Source of the DNA: Bacillota bacterium
GTDB lineage: Bacteria > Bacillota > Sulfobacillia > Fermentithermobacillales > Fermentithermobacillaceae
DNA: 64,000 nt
Assembly: GCA_050952125.1 (NCBI GenBank)
Contig: JBMNKK010000003.1
Coordinates: 288,856 to 352,855, forward strand
Reading direction: 5' to 3'
The notes under the pieces were generated by a model. That model was not told where the DNA came from and ran no database searches. It was given only the letters and a program-made list of their open reading frames with translations. Below are positions 51,337-61,100 of this stretch, piece by piece. The position numbers were made by a program, and so were the translations under genes. Numbering within the stretch: position 1 is the first letter of the stretch; each line of letters starts with the position of its first letter.

Positions 51337-54300
51337 CTATCGCCTGAGCAGCGCCTTGACTAGTCTCATGAGGACAACAGCGCCTTCGGCGCGGGTAGCC
51401 AGACCATCTCCATCAAAGACATTGCCCGGCTTGCCATCCATGATGCTCCAGAGCCTCATGAACTCGGCAGCGATGCCACCCTGCTCGCTAAGCTCATTGC
51501 CGTCGTCGAACTTGAGAGCGGTACCGGCTGAACGGAGGTTATGCCCCTCATAGACGATGTATCTATACAGCATAAGCGCCATCTGCTCGCGCGTTATGGG
51601 AGCATCGGGGGCGAACTCGGCCGAACTCACTCCGCCCACAATTCCGTTATCCTTTGCCCACTTAACGGCCGCTTCGTAATACGCGCCGGGCTTCACATCG
51701 TTGAAACCGGTGTTACCTTCTGAACCCTCGCTGACGCCGTCGAGCCTTGAAAGCACCGTCACGAACATGGCCCGCGTCATCTGCCCTTCAGGATCGAACA
51801 GCCCGCTGCCCACTCCACGCAGGATCTCACGGGCGGCGGCAAACCAGATGGCGTTCTGGGCCCAGTGCCCGATCGTATCGCCGAAACCCACGTCATTCAC
51901 CATGTAACCGAACCTGCCGGTTACGGGCGCTTCGAACACCAATATACCGTCGATTACCGCGCTAACTTGAACAATGTGCCTCACCCCGTTCAGCATGTAG
52001 TAGGCTACTACATTGCTGCTCTGAGCCGCGACATCAGGCGGCAACGGTATCGATACTGTGCTGCCCTTGGCTGCGAAGTAATCCACACCTGCAGCGGCAG
52101 ATTTCTCCCGGACACGAGGAGACGACACGTACTGGAACTGAGCGGTCACCGTGACATTCTGGGCAGGCATCACGAAGGTCGTTGTTGCGCAGCTACGATC
52201 TGCGAATGTGACGCCGGCCGGACCGCTCCAGCTAACGAAGCGATAGCCTGGATTAGGAGCAGCGGTCACGGTGACGGCCGTTCCGGGAGCGTATGATCCC
52301 TGGCCCGAGACAGTCCCGCCTATGGTGGCCCCGACATTGACGTTATAAGCGCCGTCGTACGTCTGGGAGAAGATACTCGCTCCGAAGGTCAGGGCTGCGG
52401 TCATCTCGCCGGCAAGCGACACCTCTTCTTGCGTCACTACATCCTTCGCCTTCGCACCGGCCTCTGCAACTCGATAGCTGCCTGTGACCATCCCGATGCT
52501 GCCTGGCTGGATGGTGAGCACCCCGCTTTGGGTTATGGTCGCCGACCCTTCCACCGCGTTTACGGTCCAAGTGACCAGATCGGGGTCATCAATCGCGAAG
52601 GAGGTCGGATTGGCGCCCTTTGTGGTAGCCATCAGTGAGAGAGTGGCATTGGTCACTTTCTCACCATCTACCTCGATATCCCTGCCGGTATAGAGAACGC
52701 CGCCGCTCATGATGTCCAGCTGCGCGATGTTGGAGAGTCCGCGGTTGAACACGGTAAAGGACTGCGGCGAAGACTGGTGACCCAGGCCGTCCGTTACCGA
52801 AACCTCGACTTTGTGAGACGCGACTCCGGGGTTGACAGGGATGACAATAGAGTACGCCCCACTCAGGCCATCGAACACGGGCACAGGCCTTATCTGGGAC
52901 AAGAGCCGGGCGCCTATGGCATTTCCGTCGCCGTCCGTAGCTACTGCGCCGTCAACCTTTACGGTAAGGAGCGAATCGGAGCCTGTGACCGCGTTCAGGG
53001 TGAGAACCCCGTCCTCGTCGAAGAACCCGCTGGTCGACACGAGAACGGACGGGGGCAGAGTGTCGACCGCGAAGAGCCTCTTGTAGTTGACTCTGTCGCC
53101 GTCGGCGTCGACCCCTGTGAACGTTATGGTGTGATCGCCGTCGTACAACTTTGTGTTGATAGCCACCGAGGTTTCATCCACGGCGACGTCTTGAGGCGGG
53201 TCACTGTCGATGTACCACTCGCCGGATGCGACCGGCTCGTCGAAAGTAAGGGAGAACTTAACGTCAGGCGTGGTGAATGTGACTACGTCGAGCGACTGCG
53301 AGTTCACAGTCCGCTGCACCACCGCAAACGGCGCCACGCCTGGATCGGGTTTGACGAAGGTTACCTTGGGTGGACGCGGAGTGCGCAATGTCACAGCATC
53401 GGACAGCTTTTCGGGGCTGTACACGTCATACTCGTGCGCGCCTGACCCGCCAGAACTTGCCTTGGCCTTGAAAGATCTAACGCCTACCCTGTACTCCTTT
53501 CCGGCCTGCAGGCCGAAGATCACGGGCTTGCCTTGGGCGTCCACAACCGCTTGGCCGTCCTTGTCCAGTTTGGGATACGTCCCCCCTACCGCGATCTCCA
53601 CTTTTCCGGCTTGGTCCTTCTCGAAGGTGATGTCGGTGAAGTCCGTATACAGGAGATACTCATCGGGACCCGGGCCCAACTCATAGGCGACATCGCGTTC
53701 CTGGCCAGGTTGCAGGGTATCAACGACTTCGTACACGTTGACCACGTAACCGTCGCAGTCAGCCGCAGGCTGGGGATCGGTGACACTGACACCCAACATT
53801 AGGTTTCCTGCGTTGGCGGCTGCCACAGCGGTGGGAGCCGCGGGTTCATCGGGATTCGTGTGAGTGAACGTGAAAGCTGTCCCATCCAAGGGCTTCGTAG
53901 CTACATGCATGGTCCTCATTTCTTCGGCCTTGGACGCCATCACGCGCACGTAGTATCTCCCGGAGGGCAGTTCCGGCGGGATCGCCACAGTCAGGTTGGA
54001 TTTGCCCTTCGCATCGCCCGCACCACACGTGTAGGTCCCGAGCAGATACCCTGAGTCGCCGGTGGGATCTTCGGCGTTTCCCGTGTCGGTTGTCGCGAAG
54101 AAACTCATCTTCACGCCCTCAAGCATTGTGCCTGCCCAGCTGATCTCTAGGCTGTCATTTGCCGGAAGCGAAGGTTGGGTGGCGGTGACTGACGAGACTT
54201 CGGGAAGCGGCGCCACGTTGTAGAGGATGATGTCGGCCGCCGCGGTGGTCTTGATCTCCCATTCGCCCGCAATGTGCTCTGTTATTGAGATGCTTGCCGC

Positions 54301-57300
54301 GCTCTTGTCGGACTCCGCCTCGTCGTGTATTAGATTCGCGTTTGCGGCAGAAGCATCTGCTGTCGTGCCGCTTGCCCCGCTGTTTTCGACATCATAGAAG
54401 GTCAAGGTGTAGGGATCTCCGTTGGGTTTGAAAACCTTAATGGCTGCCTGGGCTGCGGCAACGGTCGTCGGCCCACCGGTGGAGAAGTCCACGTTGAACA
54501 CGAAATCGTTGCCCTTGTCATCGCCGAGGTTAAGCCTGTGTTCTTTCTTATCGACGTGCGACCGCACAACGGGATCCCCCGCCGCCATCAGCACCGGCTG
54601 AGCCGCGGCCAGGTCATCCACGATCTCGGCAGCAGCCGCAGTCGTGATGTTGGTTACCCGCATGTAGAGGGTCTGGCCGGTTTCCGTGTCGTAGCCGACC
54701 GGGATATCCTTGACACCAAGTAGTTCCGGATATGTCGGGTTCACCATGGCGTCGTCTCCGGTGCCGAAGATAAAGTCGCCACCCCAGTAATAGCAGATCC
54801 CGCAACCCAGGCCGAGCAGCTTGACGACTCCCCAGATACGTTCCATGCTTGCCCCGAAGTCGGCCTGCAGCAGCTTCAGGCCGCCGAACAGCGGTACGGC
54901 CTTGGGGATCTTGAGGATGGCCCTGATGAAGAACTCGAAGAACTCCGCGTCAGCCACGAGGTAACAGCCGCCTTCGATGACTTCTAGAAGGTCCACGGAC
55001 GCGGCAACCACCAGCGAGAATTCCGGGTACCACGCGATCCCGAACTGTGCGCTCTTGATCGCAACGATGTCGGTCTTCTTAATCTTAAGCTCATCGACCT
55101 TAACCCTGAACCCACGGAGGCTGAGTTCCATGTCGGCTCTGGCGCTGAGCACTTTGAGCACGTCGAACTCGATGCTGAGCAGAAGCGTTAACGGCGGCAA
55201 CCCTGATTCGAAGATGGTATCGTAGAGCTCGTCAATGCCGCCTCCTCCGCCGGTAAGCCACAGAACGCCCACGCTGTCGATATTGATGCCCGGCTCAAAG
55301 CCGCCGATGAAGAAGAAGATCTTATCGGGCACAGGCGCTCCGGAGTCCGGGGCGCTCTTCACCACCAGTTCAAACTCTAGCTCGAATACCTCGGTCTTGG
55401 TCTTGCCCTCTACCTCAAAGTAGTACCCGCCAATGGTGTTAATGGCGAGCCGGCCACCCAGTTCAGGGAGGGCGTCGGTGTACTTGGGCAGCATAACCTC
55501 GGCCTCGGCGTTAAAGCCGATGTAGCCCTGGTTTAGCCCGTAGAGGATGTCCTTGATGTTGACCTTACCGACAGGCTCAGTCTTGTCTTCCTCGTTCTCG
55601 TCGTCGGCATCTTTCTCGGGGTTCTTAGATTTCCACTCAGCGACGCTCATTCCGGCGGCGCTAGCAGCTACGACTTGCTCGATCCTGGGCGGGGCCGGCA
55701 GAGAGTCGTCATCCTTGCCGCCCGGCATTAGGGCTGATATGTCCAGGCTCGCGCCGAACGAGAGGACATAGCTGGTGAACAGGTCGTCGTCATCGTACAT
55801 GGCGCCGAACTGCCCGTAGCGAAGGTCGCACACCATGCCCGCAATGGTCTGAAGGATCTTGTACTCCGACGCCCACATGAGGTTGATATTGTTGTCAACA
55901 ACCCACTTATGGCCATCGGACCGGTCACCCCTGTCGTCGTAAGCGATGAAGCCAAAATCGGTTCCGTCGAACAAAGGGGTTATGGCGGCATCGCCGGTCC
56001 AGACCGGGGTCCTGCTGTAGCTCGTGAGGAGTTCCCCTGTGATGCTAATGAAGACGCACCACTGGACACCGTCTTTGACTCTAGCTATGTTCACCTTCCC
56101 GTTGATGATGTCCAGCACACCGTTCAGGGTGACCGCCTTTGACTCATCGGAAGAGACAGCCGTTGCCGAGGTTATGACTCCACTGTCATCCTTCTGAAGA
56201 GTGAACTCGCCCCGTATTTCGAACAGGATCGTCTTGGCATCGTCATAGACCGTGTCATCTGCGGAGTCCTTCCTCACCTGCTTCTTAAATGCATCGTACT
56301 GCACTTCCCCCGGAAAGGCATGGATACTGTAACTGCAAGTACTAGCTGCCCCTGGGCGGGTTTTTAGCACTGCGACAATACCGTAGTAGTCGTTCTTGTA
56401 CGACTTGTCGTCGGTTACGGTAAACCTGAGCGCAGGCGCCGTGAGCTTCTTCGGGACGCCGGCAGGAGGATTCATCCATTCGAAGACGAGATCGTACTCG
56501 CCGAGTTCGAAAGTGTCGGTCATCGTAACGTCGACTACAGTTCCCAGTTCCTGATCCACGCTGAAAAGGATGTTGGAGTGCGGTATTGTGTACGACGTGC
56601 CGGGAGCGTCCTTCTTCTGGGCCCTCAAGACATAGTTGCCCGCGGGCTCAAGCAGGCTGAGCTGGGTGCCCGTAAGGTAGAAGTGCCGGGTTCCCTCAAA
56701 GTAGAGCATTTGAGGTGCCGCAGAGGTAAACGTGATCTCGGGGAGCTTGCCGCCGCCGCCGGGACACAGCACATAGCAGGTGGCGTTGCCGATCACATTC
56801 TCCAAGAGGAGCGCGCCGTTTGCGCTCGCGGGCATGTCATACACACGGAAGTTAATCCGCCGGTAGCTTGCATTTGACGCAACGCTTGCCTTGAACCCCC
56901 ACACCAATTGCTGGACTTCGCCGACTGAGAAATTGTCGATGGCGATGCTGTAGGGGCTGGAGAAGCTGCCGGCCGGGTTCCCTTGTGTATCTAGAGTAGT
57001 GATGCCGTTGTCGGGATACACCGCGACAACGATCCGGCTGTAGTCCTGTGCCCCCTCCTGAACGATGTTGCCCAGGTTGGTGGTCACCTTGAAGGTTCCG
57101 TCCGGCGCCGCGCCTCCGGTGGGACTATAGGTGCCGACGTAGTTCTTCTTGTCCGCCGTGAGAGAGAGGCTAGTCGGTGACGTGGTATTCACCGAGAACT
57201 TGTTCCCCTTCGCCACTCCCAGGTTAGAGTAGATGCCGTAGTAAGTATGGAACCCGGCGCTGCGACCGCTCTCCACGCGGCCCAATTTGTAGTAGAGGGC

Positions 57301-58161
57301 GTAGGCGCTGTCGGCCGTAAGGTACTCCGCATTGTACTTGTTGGTAAAAGTGAGTTCCGGGTGCGGCGTGTACTCAAACACAGTCGCCGCCAGGTTATTC
57401 CAGTGTGCAAATGTCACTTGGTGCGGCTTTATGCCGCCCTGTGAGGTATCGTTCACAGTGTAGGCTGTGATGGATGGGTTGTCGTAGTCGTCATACGCGA
57501 AAAAGTTCGCGGGAATCTCATCACCTGTTATCGTCCGCTCGCTCCAGATCCTCTCGTACGTCTGCCCTTGCGTGGTCGTGACTTCGTAGTACCCAAAGTC
57601 TTGGCCTCCAAGCGCGGTGTCAAGAAGAAGGCGGGCTTCAACGGTTACGTTTGCGCCGGTGTTGTTGAGAACCTCGTATTGAATGGCCACGGTGCCGTGC
57701 TCGTTCATCTCGGTCGCCCACACCGGCGCTATCGTTTGGATGAACGTCAACCGGTGGTCGGCGTCGGGCCCGACCGACCATCGCGACTCGATGGTCGTAC
57801 CGGTATCGGTCGTAGTCACACCGGTCGACGACTCTCCCCGGTAGCTGTAATCGCCGCCGAAGATGTAGTACTTGGGAGCGCCGGAACCATAGGTTACTTT
57901 GAAACTCGTGAAAGACGTATCGTAGTCATCTCTGTGAAATAGGAGGACTTTGTTGTTGTCGTCCTTGTTGAAGACATCTCCGTCCACAGTCCTAATGACG
58001 AAGCCGCCGTTGACCTTCGACACTAAGGCGCTAACGTTGCCGTTTTCAAGCGATACTGTGTCTCCCAGCTGAGCCGCATATGCCACGCTTGGGGCGACGT
58101 ACCCCGTGAGTACGCAGGCCACGAGCATAAGGGACATCGCGCGCGTGATCTTGGTCTTCAT
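51337..58161 (-). CDS. Giant (2,274 aa) secreted cell-surface protein with three C-terminal SLH repeats
   Basis: The Sec signal peptide is MKTKITRAMSLMLVACVLTGYVAPSVAYA/AQ. An InlB-B / Listeria-Bacteroides-type repeat (GGTVSGQGSYAPGTAVTVTAAPNPGYRFVSWSG) lies at ~52135..52362. Three SLH-like repeats occupy the last ~182 aa (51340..51885). An SD-like GGGGGTG sits in the 11-nt gap after the upstream giant ORF. Confidence 0.85.
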   Translation of the reverse strand: MKTKITRAMSLMLVACVLTGYVAPSVAYAAQLGDTVSLENGNVSALVSKVNGGFVIRTVDGDVFNKDDNNKVLLFHRDDYDTSFTSFKVTYGSGAPKYYIFGGDYSYRGESSTGVTTTDTGTTIESRWSVGPDADHRLTFIQTIAPVWATEMNEHGTVAIQYEVLNNTGANVTVEARLLLDTALGGQDFGYYEVTTTQGQTYERIWSERTITGDEIPANFFAYDDYDNPSITAYTVNDTSQGGIKPHQVTFAHWNNLAATVFEYTPHPELTFTNKYNAEYLTADSAYALYYKLGRVESGRSAGFHTYYGIYSNLGVAKGNKFSVNTTSPTSLSLTADKKNYVGTYSPTGGAAPDGTFKVTTNLGNIVQEGAQDYSRIVVAVYPDNGITTLDTQGNPAGSFSSPYSIAIDNFSVGEVQQLVWGFKASVASNASYRRINFRVYDMPASANGALLLENVIGNATCYVLCPGGGGKLPEITFTSAAPQMLYFEGTRHFYLTGTQLSLLEPAGNYVLRAQKKDAPGTSYTIPHSNILFSVDQELGTVVDVTMTDTFELGEYDLVFEWMNPPAGVPKKLTAPALRFTVTDDKSYKNDYYGIVAVLKTRPGAASTCSYSIHAFPGEVQYDAFKKQVRKDSADDTVYDDAKTILFEIRGEFTLQKDDSGVITSATAVSSDESKAVTLNGVLDIINGKVNIARVKDGVQWCVFISITGELLTSYSRTPVWTGDAAITPLFDGTDFGFIAYDDRGDRSDGHKWVVDNNINLMWASEYKILQTIAGMVCDLRYGQFGAMYDDDDLFTSYVLSFGASLDISALMPGGKDDDSLPAPPRIEQVVAASAAGMSVAEWKSKNPEKDADDENEEDKTEPVGKVNIKDILYGLNQGYIGFNAEAEVMLPKYTDALPELGGRLAINTIGGYYFEVEGKTKTEVFELEFELVVKSAPDSGAPVPDKIFFFIGGFEPGINIDSVGVLWLTGGGGGIDELYDTIFESGLPPLTLLLSIEFDVLKVLSARADMELSLRGFRVKVDELKIKKTDIVAIKSAQFGIAWYPEFSLVVAASVDLLEVIEGGCYLVADAEFFEFFIRAILKIPKAVPLFGGLKLLQADFGASMERIWGVVKLLGLGCGICYYWGGDFIFGTGDDAMVNPTYPELLGVKDIPVGYDTETGQTLYMRVTNITTAAAAEIVDDLAAAQPVLMAAGDPVVRSHVDKKEHRLNLGDDKGNDFVFNVDFSTGGPTTVAAAQAAIKVFKPNGDPYTLTFYDVENSGASGTTADASAANANLIHDEAESDKSAASISITEHIAGEWEIKTTAAADIILYNVAPLPEVSSVTATQPSLPANDSLEISWAGTMLEGVKMSFFATTDTGNAEDPTGDSGYLLGTYTCGAGDAKGKSNLTVAIPPELPSGRYYVRVMASKAEEMRTMHVATKPLDGTAFTFTHTNPDEPAAPTAVAAANAGNLMLGVSVTDPQPAADCDGYVVNVYEVVDTLQPGQERDVAYELGPGPDEYLLYTDFTDITFEKDQAGKVEIAVGGTYPKLDKDGQAVVDAQGKPVIFGLQAGKEYRVGVRSFKAKASSGGSGAHEYDVYSPEKLSDAVTLRTPRPPKVTFVKPDPGVAPFAVVQRTVNSQSLDVVTFTTPDVKFSLTFDEPVASGEWYIDSDPPQDVAVDETSVAINTKLYDGDHTITFTGVDADGDRVNYKRLFAVDTLPPSVLVSTSGFFDEDGVLTLNAVTGSDSLLTVKVDGAVATDGDGNAIGARLLSQIRPVPVFDGLSGAYSIVIPVNPGVASHKVEVSVTDGLGHQSSPQSFTVFNRGLSNIAQLDIMSGGVLYTGRDIEVDGEKVTNATLSLMATTKGANPTSFAIDDPDLVTWTVNAVEGSATITQSGVLTIQPGSIGMVTGSYRVAEAGAKAKDVVTQEEVSLAGEMTAALTFGASIFSQTYDGAYNVNVGATIGGTVSGQGSYAPGTAVTVTAAPNPGYRFVSWSGPAGVTFADRSCATTTFVMPAQNVTVTAQFQYVSSPRVREKSAAAGVDYFAAKGSTVSIPLPPDVAAQSSNVVAYYMLNGVRHIVQVSAVIDGILVFEAPVTGRFGYMVNDVGFGDTIGHWAQNAIWFAAAREILRGVGSGLFDPEGQMTRAMFVTVLSRLDGVSEGSEGNTGFNDVKPGAYYEAAVKWAKDNGIVGGVSSAEFAPDAPITREQMALMLYRYIVYEGHNLRSAGTALKFDDGNELSEQGGIAAEFMRLWSIMDGKPGNVFDGDGLATRAEGAVVLMRLVKALLRR

Positions 58162-58172
58162 CTCAGCACCCC

Positions 58173-61100
58173 CTATTTCTGCACGTAGACATAAGTGATG
58201 TACTCGACTCTGCTCTGCGTGACCATGTATAGCGTGTAGAAGCCGCTGGATGCTACCGGCAGTTCCGCATCACCCAACAGCGGGTCGGCGGGGTTAACAC
58301 TTACGGGAACCCGCTTGCCCAGGGACTTCATCTCTCCGATGGTTCTGTAGCCTAGGCCGTAGTAGAGTTTGAACGGTTCTTTGGGCCGCAGTCCTCCCGG
58401 GTCAGGCATGATGGCCGATAGTGAGACCGCATCTAGCCCGGCAGCATTTACAATTGTGGCTCCGCGAGACTCTGTCTTTATGCCTTGGACAAAGATCGCC
58501 GGAATGTTCGTGTCGTACACCAAGACAGTGCGTTCCACCGGGGGACTCACCGCGTTGCCCGTGTCATCGGTGGCCGTGTACTTCACGATGTATGCACCCG
58601 GCGTGTCTAGGTTCGCCTCTGTTAACGACTCAGATATTACAGGCGTTACGCTCTGGTCAATGTTATCGACAGCGTACACTTTGCGGTCGGATATCTCGCC
58701 CTCGAGTATGGCTCTAAGCGCTGCCTCGGTCGTCCCTTGCTTGACCTTGAGGGTGCCGGCACCGAGCACTATAGTTGGCGGTGACTTGTCTATGCAGTCC
58801 ACAGTGTAGCTCTCGGTCGTCGTGTTGCCGGCGCTGTCGGTTGCTCGTATGGTGTAGCGGCCGTTCACCCCAATGCTGAATGTTGCCGACATCCCACTCT
58901 TGACTTCATCTCCCATGGAGATTGTCCCCGGCTCATTGGTTGTGACAGTCACGTTGAACGATGTATTGCGCATTACATGGGTCTTCTGATCGCTTTCGTC
59001 ATGAGTACTGTTCCAGTGTTGAACCTCTGCGCGGGTATCAGGAAACCCGCCTACGGTGATCTTGGGTGCCGTGTTATCGATTCTGGTCACGCTGAAACCG
59101 GCGGCTCCAAGCGTCACGGTTCCTGCTTTATCCACGAAAGTGAAGGTGTCGGCGATGTTGCCTACTTCATCCGCGAACCGGTATCCGTAGTCTCCGTTCT
59201 CAGTGATGTTGAACGTGGCGGCGAAGTTGTTGGCAGCCGTCATCGCAAGACCGCTCCCGACCTCCCACGTAGCTTCGCTGGAGGTAACCGTCACCTTGAC
59301 CGACCGTGTACTCCCCGACAGCGGCTCATCACTGGCCACAGTTACTTGCGGGGGACTCTTGTCTATGCGGAGGCCTGACCCGTCAAGGATGTACGTATTG
59401 GCCACGTAGTTCAGAGCTACGAAGTCTAACTTCACGATCGCCGCCGCCCTGAACGTCACAGTGGCATTCGTGCTGCCCCAAGTACACTCGAAGTAATCGG
59501 CGGGAATGCCCTCCGGCGATTGCAGCGTGGCGGTGCACGAACCGATCAGGAGCGGCTTACTGAACTCAACCCTGGCAACAACGTCGCTAGACAGCTTCCG
59601 GTCCGTGGGAGGCGCGGTGCTCACCGGTTGTCTATCCGTCCCAATGAAGGAGGGCGACCAGGTGGTCTTCTTGACCGTTGGCTGGGATACGTCTATCCCC
59701 TCTACCACGGCTTCTAGCGTCGCCCGGTTGCCCGCCCTATCTTCAATGGTGAATCTGAAGGTGCCGTTTCCTATGAACTCCTGATAGTAGGCTCCCGTGC
59801 CGCTATTGTATGAGGGGTCCCAGGAGACTCCCGCCGTGGGGCACACGGTAACCGGCGGGCTCAAAGCGTCGAAGAGGTTCACAGCATAGGCCCTAGTCTT
59901 GTAGAAATCGACTTTGACCAGGTCTATCTCGCCCTGCGGAGGCACGTTGTCGATCTTGGTGGTCGTGACAGGGATGAGTGTCATGTTGTCCTTGGCGTCG
60001 ACGATCACGATGCAGATCTCCACGTTATCGGTGATGTCTACAGTGTCGCCGGACCATGACACGCCTTCTATGTTCTCTGTTGCCGGGTTTTCGTACCCGA
60101 ATCCTGTTGTATCGGGGCTGAGGCCCTCCAGCACAAAGAGTTTTGTCGAGTTCACATCCGTCACCGAGAACTGAAGTCTCAGTGCTTTGGTCACGTGGTA
60201 AGGCTCATTGAACGGATTGCCGCCTGATATGAGCGCATCCGTATACTCGGCCTGCGTGTAATGGGCCGTCTTTACGAACGCTCCTCCGGGCATAGACTGC
60301 GACACCGCCATGTTGTACGTAGGAGCATCTCCATCGGCATCTATGAAGGTCTTCTCCACGATCCGGATGGCGCCCAAGGGTGTGTCGCCCAGGCTGACGG
60401 TTACCGGTTCGCCGAGGTTGCCGGCTTCGTCCTGGTACTCGAGGACGTAGTCGGCCTGGTCATTGAACGTGAAGCGATGAAAAGTCGCTTTGTTGTTCGC
60501 CCCATCTATGCTCTCGCCGGCAACGAGTGAAACGAGAGATGCTATGACCTCACCTTTCGTCTCGCCCTTGCCGGTCGCCGGGTTCACCACCACGGCATCG
60601 GCAAAGACCCAGGTAACACGTGCAGTGGGCGAGGTCCGGTCGATGTTGATTACAGGAATGGTGCGGGTTCGGGTGATGCCGCCCACCGTCACGCCGAATG
60701 TGACGTGCCGGTTCGAACTAACGGTTATCGTGGCTCCTTTGATCTTGGAGTCGACGGTAACCGGCACGATCGTCAGCGCCGGGTCAGACGGCAGTTCCAA
60801 GGTAGCGCCAGGGTTGGATCTCGCGTCGATGGTGATGACGACATCGTTTCGCGTAGGACCGGTTTCAGAAATCGAGATATCAACGTTGTAAGCGCCGTCG
60901 TAGGCATCAACGACGATGCTCTCTTTGCAGAACCGGCCGAATATGTCGGCATACTCGATGGTGTAGTTACCGCTCGCAAAGATAGGAACTGCCGACTTCT
61001 CTACTCCGTAGGCGGTATCGGCCGGACTTAAGGCCGGAGTCGTGAGCACCACCGGGCCGGTGAAAGTCAGTTTGAGTCCGCCTTCAGGATCCAGCGTATG

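Noticed and set aside
52777-53445. Long antisense ORFs inside the giant genes and other strongly supported genes (for example 52777..53445 +, 9556..10149 -, 14371..14871 -, 46796..47446 -, 1493..2011 +, 35181..35756 +)
   Set aside because: They overlap genes with clear family signatures on the opposite strand. They have Arg/Pro/Ser/Gly-rich compositions typical of GC-rich antisense frames. They lack SD sequences and resemble no family I recognise.
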